43,089 nucleotides of DNA from a virus. This document shows positions 39,833-43,089 of the stretch, piece after piece. Below the pieces are notes generated by a model, which was not told the origin of the DNA, did no database searches, and saw only the letters and a program-made list of their open reading frames with translations. The stretch lies in IMG/VR virus record IMGVR_UViG_3300042934_000110, positions 1 to 43,089 of that record; one strand, 5' to 3'. The translations under genes and the position numbers were made by a program. Position 1 is the stretch's first letter. Each line of letters starts with the position of its first letter.

Positions 39833-40396
39833 ATGACATTGCTAGAAGCCGTGAACCTCGTACTGCGCAAGATCGGGGAAATTCCCGTGACCAGCGTAGA
39901 TGAGCAGTACAGCACGCTTACCATCGCACTACCCGCGTTAGAGGAGGCACGGGTACGTCTCCTGTCCGAAGGGTACTGGTTCAATACCTTTTACAGCTAC
40001 CAGCTTGCCCCAACCGTAACGGGCGAGGCACTGACCCCCGCTGACTGTTTGAAGTTCTTCCCGCAAGACGACCGATTCTCGTGGATCGGCGAACGGGTGC
40101 GCATGACCGAGGACGGTAGCGTATTCGTGAATGCGGTAGTGGTCGGGCGGTTGATTATCGACATCCCGTTCGAGCAACTACCTGAAGTGTGTCAGTACGC
40201 GATTGCGTACAGCGCGGCTTACGACACCTACGTGTCTGACATCGGGGATGATGATATCGCCAAGAACTTGGGCGCCCGCAGGGATGAGTTCCTAGAACAA
40301 TTGAACGGCGACCATACAGTCAGCCGTAACCAGAACAGCCGTACACGTAAGCAAGTGCTGCGTTGGCGGCGGGCGTTGCGTACAGGGGGCTCCTAA
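39833..40396 (+). CDS. Tail tubular protein A (T7 gp11-like)
   Basis: 187 aa with N-terminus MTLLEAVNLVLRKIGEIPV, typical of gp11-like adaptors. Synteny supports the call. Confidence 0.85.
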   Translation: MTLLEAVNLVLRKIGEIPVTSVDEQYSTLTIALPALEEARVRLLSEGYWFNTFYSYQLAPTVTGEALTPADCLKFFPQDDRFSWIGERVRMTEDGSVFVNAVVVGRLIIDIPFEQLPEVCQYAIAYSAAYDTYVSDIGDDDIAKNLGARRDEFLEQLNGDHTVSRNQNSRTRKQVLRWRRALRTGGS

Positions 40397-42729
40397 TGGC
40401 CTACAACGAATCCAGTTACAAGAATCTCTTGTTTGGTGTCAGTCAGCAAGCACCGCAGGACCGGTTACCCGGACAGTTAGACGCACAGCTCAACATGACC
40501 TCCGATTTGGTGGCAGGCCTGCGGCGGCGCCCCGGTGTGGGTATCATCGGGGGTGTAGGGGCGTACAGCGCTGACGCGAACATCAAACAGTACAACACCG
40601 ACATGGGCGGCGTGTCTGTGTCCATCATCGTGGATACCGGCGCGGGTAACTTGCGCGTGGTCGAAGAGAATACAGGTGGGGTGCTAGCCACCCTGGCTAA
40701 CCCGTACCTCGTAGCCGCGAACTCACGGGCTGTCCGTATGGTGACTTTGAACGACGCCGTGTGGATATGCAACGTGGACCAGAAGCCCACCACGGTACCT
40801 AGCCCCGACAAGGTCACGTACCCCAACCCCGACTTGATGGGGTATTTCTACATCGTCACCGGGCAATTCTCCAAGGAGTACCGCGTAACCCTCACGAACC
40901 GCGCCACGGGTGCGGCCGTGGATGTTGCGTACACGACGCCCTCTGGCGGCGCTGCTGGTGACGCTGCCCTGACCACCCCCGAGTACATCGCCACACAACT
41001 GGCAACGGCGGGGGCGGCTGCGTGGGGCGCCTATGGGGTTACCATCACCCGCGCAGGTGCTTACGTCACCCTGCAATCTACCGGGGTTAACCTCACAGTC
41101 AGCTCCGTGAGCGGTAGCGTGTACCTGCGTGCAAGCAACGCAGGGAGCATCCGCGATGCGGCTGAACTACCAGCCCGCCTCGCCGCAGCAAACGGCTACA
41201 TCGTCGCCACAGGCTCGGGTAACGTCAAGACGTACTACCGGTATGACGACGCCCGCAAAGTATGGGTAGAGGACTCTGCCTGGGCGGATATGGTATCTAT
41301 GTCGAACATGCCCCTTCAACTTGTCCGCTCCTCGTTAGGGGTGTACACCCTTACGACCCCAACGTATGAGCGACGGGCCGCTGGGGACGCGAAGTCCAAC
41401 CCGGTGTTGAAGTTCGCCTCGGACGGGGTCACCGGCCTAGCAGCATTCCAGGGCCGCTTGGTCCTGCTGTCTAACGAGTACGCCTGCCTAAGCGCCAGCG
41501 ACAACCCGCTGCGCTGGTTCCGTAGTACCTTGTCCACGGTGGCGGATAACGACCCCATCGAGGTAGCGGCGCAGGGCAGCCTCACGGCCCCGTATGAGTA
41601 CGCCGTGAACTTCAACAAGGACTTGGTAATGTTCTCCCGGCGTTATCAGGGGATCATCCCAGGCGGCTCACTGGTGACCCCGCGTACCGCTAACGTGGCC
41701 CTCATGACACGTTACGAGGTGGATACCCTGGCAGAACCCACGGCGGCAGGCCGGTCCATTTTCTTCGGTGCCCCGCGTAGCCTTGGCTTTGTCGGTGTGC
41801 ATGAGATGGTGCCGAGCCAGTACAGCGACAGTCAGTACGTAGCCGACGACGTGACTAGCCACATCCCCCGGTACATCAAGGGGCCTTTCCGGTTCATGGT
41901 CTCCAGCACCACGAGCAACATCATGGTGGCCGGTACCAATGAACCGAATGAGCTGCTGATTCACGAGTACCTGTGGAGTGCTGCGGAGAAGGTGCACGCA
42001 TCTTGGCATAAGTGGAAATTCGCTTGGCCTGTGCTCGACGCGTACTTCTCTGGGGATGTGTTGGTGACCTTGTTCGGCGTCAACGGGCAGTTGGTTATCT
42101 GCCGTATCGACATGCAACGCGGCGCGGGTGATGTGAGCCCTACCGTTCCCCGTCTAGACTTCTACGTCGATGCAACTTGTACGGTGGCCGGTAAGCTGTC
42201 CGTTCCTGTGATCGTAAAGTCTACGGGCACTGACCTGCGCGCCTTCAAGATTGAGGGTGATAACGCGTACTTGGGGCAGAAGGTATTCTCTAGCACCACG
42301 TCTGGCGGGTTCGAGGTGCTGGACATCCCAGAGGCTGTGCCGGGCGACGTGTACACTGTCGGGTACCTGTACGAATCTGCTTTTACCCTAACGCCGCCCG
42401 TGATCAAGGACGTTAAGGACGTACCGATTACAACCACCCGTGCGGTGCTGCACAGGTACCGGGTGTCAGTGATGAACACCGGGCAGTTCCGGTACAACGT
42501 GGCCGATGCTATCCGCCAGACGGGTGACACCACCACTACACCTTTGCGCCTGTACAGCCAGCAACTCGGGGCCGGTCTACCGTTAGCCGACACGGCCACG
42601 GTGACTATACCTGCGCGGGTGGATATGCGTACTGCCCTGCTGACGCTCTCTACCGACGATTACTACGACTTGAACGTAAGTAGCATCGAGTACGGCTTCC
42701 GCTACCACCAACGATTCAGGAGAGCGTGA
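40396..42729 (+). CDS. Tail tubular protein B (T7 gp12-like nozzle)
   Basis: ATG 40396 (TAATG overlap). MAYNESSYKNLLFGVSQQAPQDRLPGQ is a typical gp12-type N-terminus. 777 aa. Confidence 0.88.
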   Translation: MAYNESSYKNLLFGVSQQAPQDRLPGQLDAQLNMTSDLVAGLRRRPGVGIIGGVGAYSADANIKQYNTDMGGVSVSIIVDTGAGNLRVVEENTGGVLATLANPYLVAANSRAVRMVTLNDAVWICNVDQKPTTVPSPDKVTYPNPDLMGYFYIVTGQFSKEYRVTLTNRATGAAVDVAYTTPSGGAAGDAALTTPEYIATQLATAGAAAWGAYGVTITRAGAYVTLQSTGVNLTVSSVSGSVYLRASNAGSIRDAAELPARLAAANGYIVATGSGNVKTYYRYDDARKVWVEDSAWADMVSMSNMPLQLVRSSLGVYTLTTPTYERRAAGDAKSNPVLKFASDGVTGLAAFQGRLVLLSNEYACLSASDNPLRWFRSTLSTVADNDPIEVAAQGSLTAPYEYAVNFNKDLVMFSRRYQGIIPGGSLVTPRTANVALMTRYEVDTLAEPTAAGRSIFFGAPRSLGFVGVHEMVPSQYSDSQYVADDVTSHIPRYIKGPFRFMVSSTTSNIMVAGTNEPNELLIHEYLWSAAEKVHASWHKWKFAWPVLDAYFSGDVLVTLFGVNGQLVICRIDMQRGAGDVSPTVPRLDFYVDATCTVAGKLSVPVIVKSTGTDLRAFKIEGDNAYLGQKVFSSTTSGGFEVLDIPEAVPGDVYTVGYLYESAFTLTPPVIKDVKDVPITTTRAVLHRYRVSVMNTGQFRYNVADAIRQTGDTTTTPLRLYSQQLGAGLPLADTATVTIPARVDMRTALLTLSTDDYYDLNVSSIEYGFRYHQRFRRA

Positions 42730-43089
42730 TGTTTTGGATGCTCGCGGCGACCGCCGCATTAGGTGCCGTGAAAACCGGTATCGAGAACAAAGAGAAGGCG
42801 CGCCAAATCAAGGCGCAAAACAAGGTAAACGCCGCAGCGGACTTGCAGACCACTGTGAACAACGCCCAGAACATTGGTGCACTGTTGGTCCAGGGCGGGC
42901 AGCTCCGCGTAAGCGCCGCTAAGCAGTTCAACGAGGCCGAGCGCGAGGCATACAAGGCCAAAGGCAGCGGCATCGCCAACGCGGCAGCCGCCCAGGTTAA
43001 GGGGGCGTCTGTCGACGCCACCCTTAACGACATCGACCGAGAGTTAGCCGAGGCAGAAACCGGCATCCAACAGAACTTCGAGGTCGGGC
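42729..43089 (+). CDS. Internal virion protein A-like, 5' part (continues at window position 128 and ends at 297)
   Basis: The ATG overlaps the tail tubular B stop (TGATG). N-terminal hydrophobic segment MFWMLAATAALGAV. The frame is open to the window end and continuous with 1..297 through the 127-bp overlap. Confidence 0.75.
   Translation, partial: MFWMLAATAALGAVKTGIENKEKARQIKAQNKVNAAADLQTTVNNAQNIGALLVQGGQLRVSAAKQFNEAEREAYKAKGSGIANAAAAQVKGASVDATLNDIDRELAEAETGIQQNFEVG
42963..43089. repeat. Second copy of the 127-bp terminal overlap
   Basis: Identical to 1..127. Confidence 0.95.

Noticed and set aside
1-43089. tRNA genes, CRISPR arrays, integrase or lysogeny genes, and the phiKMV nick consensus (CGAC-N5-CCTACTCCGG)
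   Set aside because: None was seen on reading the sequence. The search was by eye only, so tRNAscan-SE, a CRISPR finder and a regular-expression scan would be needed to exclude them formally.

Overview
The window is a complete, circularly closed genome of a T7-supergroup podophage with phiKMV-like gene order. The first 127 bp are identical to the last 127 bp, so the unique length is 43089-127 = 42962 bp. All convincing genes lie on the + strand. The long minus-strand ORFs look like shadows of GC-rich coding sequence. In window coordinates the order is: internal virion proteins (1-5967), tailspike, small and large terminase, and a holin / SAR-endolysin / Rz / Rz1 lysis cassette (10367-11489). 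A three-gene right-end accessory cassette follows (11496-12842), then about 680 bp of A-poor non-coding DNA that probably holds the physical termini. Next come the early genes, driven by sigma70-like promoters (13.5-21 kb). The replication module (21.5-32.4 kb) encodes primase, helicase, ligase, an HNH endonuclease, family A DNA polymerase, 5'-3' exonuclease, endonuclease VII, a DEDD exonuclease and a MazG-like NTP-PPase. A single-subunit RNA polymerase sits directly upstream of the structural genes (32829-35273), which is the phiKMV hallmark. The structural genes are portal, scaffold, capsid, a terminator, and tail tubular A and B. The gene at 42729 wraps around to position 297.

Most worth a second look:
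- A minimal HslV/proteasome-like Ntn hydrolase (12423-12842) next to a 4 x 40-aa repeat protein.
- A translationally coupled early block (19015-20990) of TM segment, 2OG-Fe(II) oxygenase, truncated CCA-adding-type nucleotidyltransferase and winged-helix protein, with an unresolved frame switch at its 5' end.
- An AT-rich small gene plus GNAT pair inserted between the RNAP and the virion genes.
- A 19-20 nt motif (ATGTTACATACAGTGG core) present three times, likely the phage RNAP promoter.
- Several structured or repeated non-coding elements in the early region.

No tRNA, rRNA, CRISPR array or integrase was seen.
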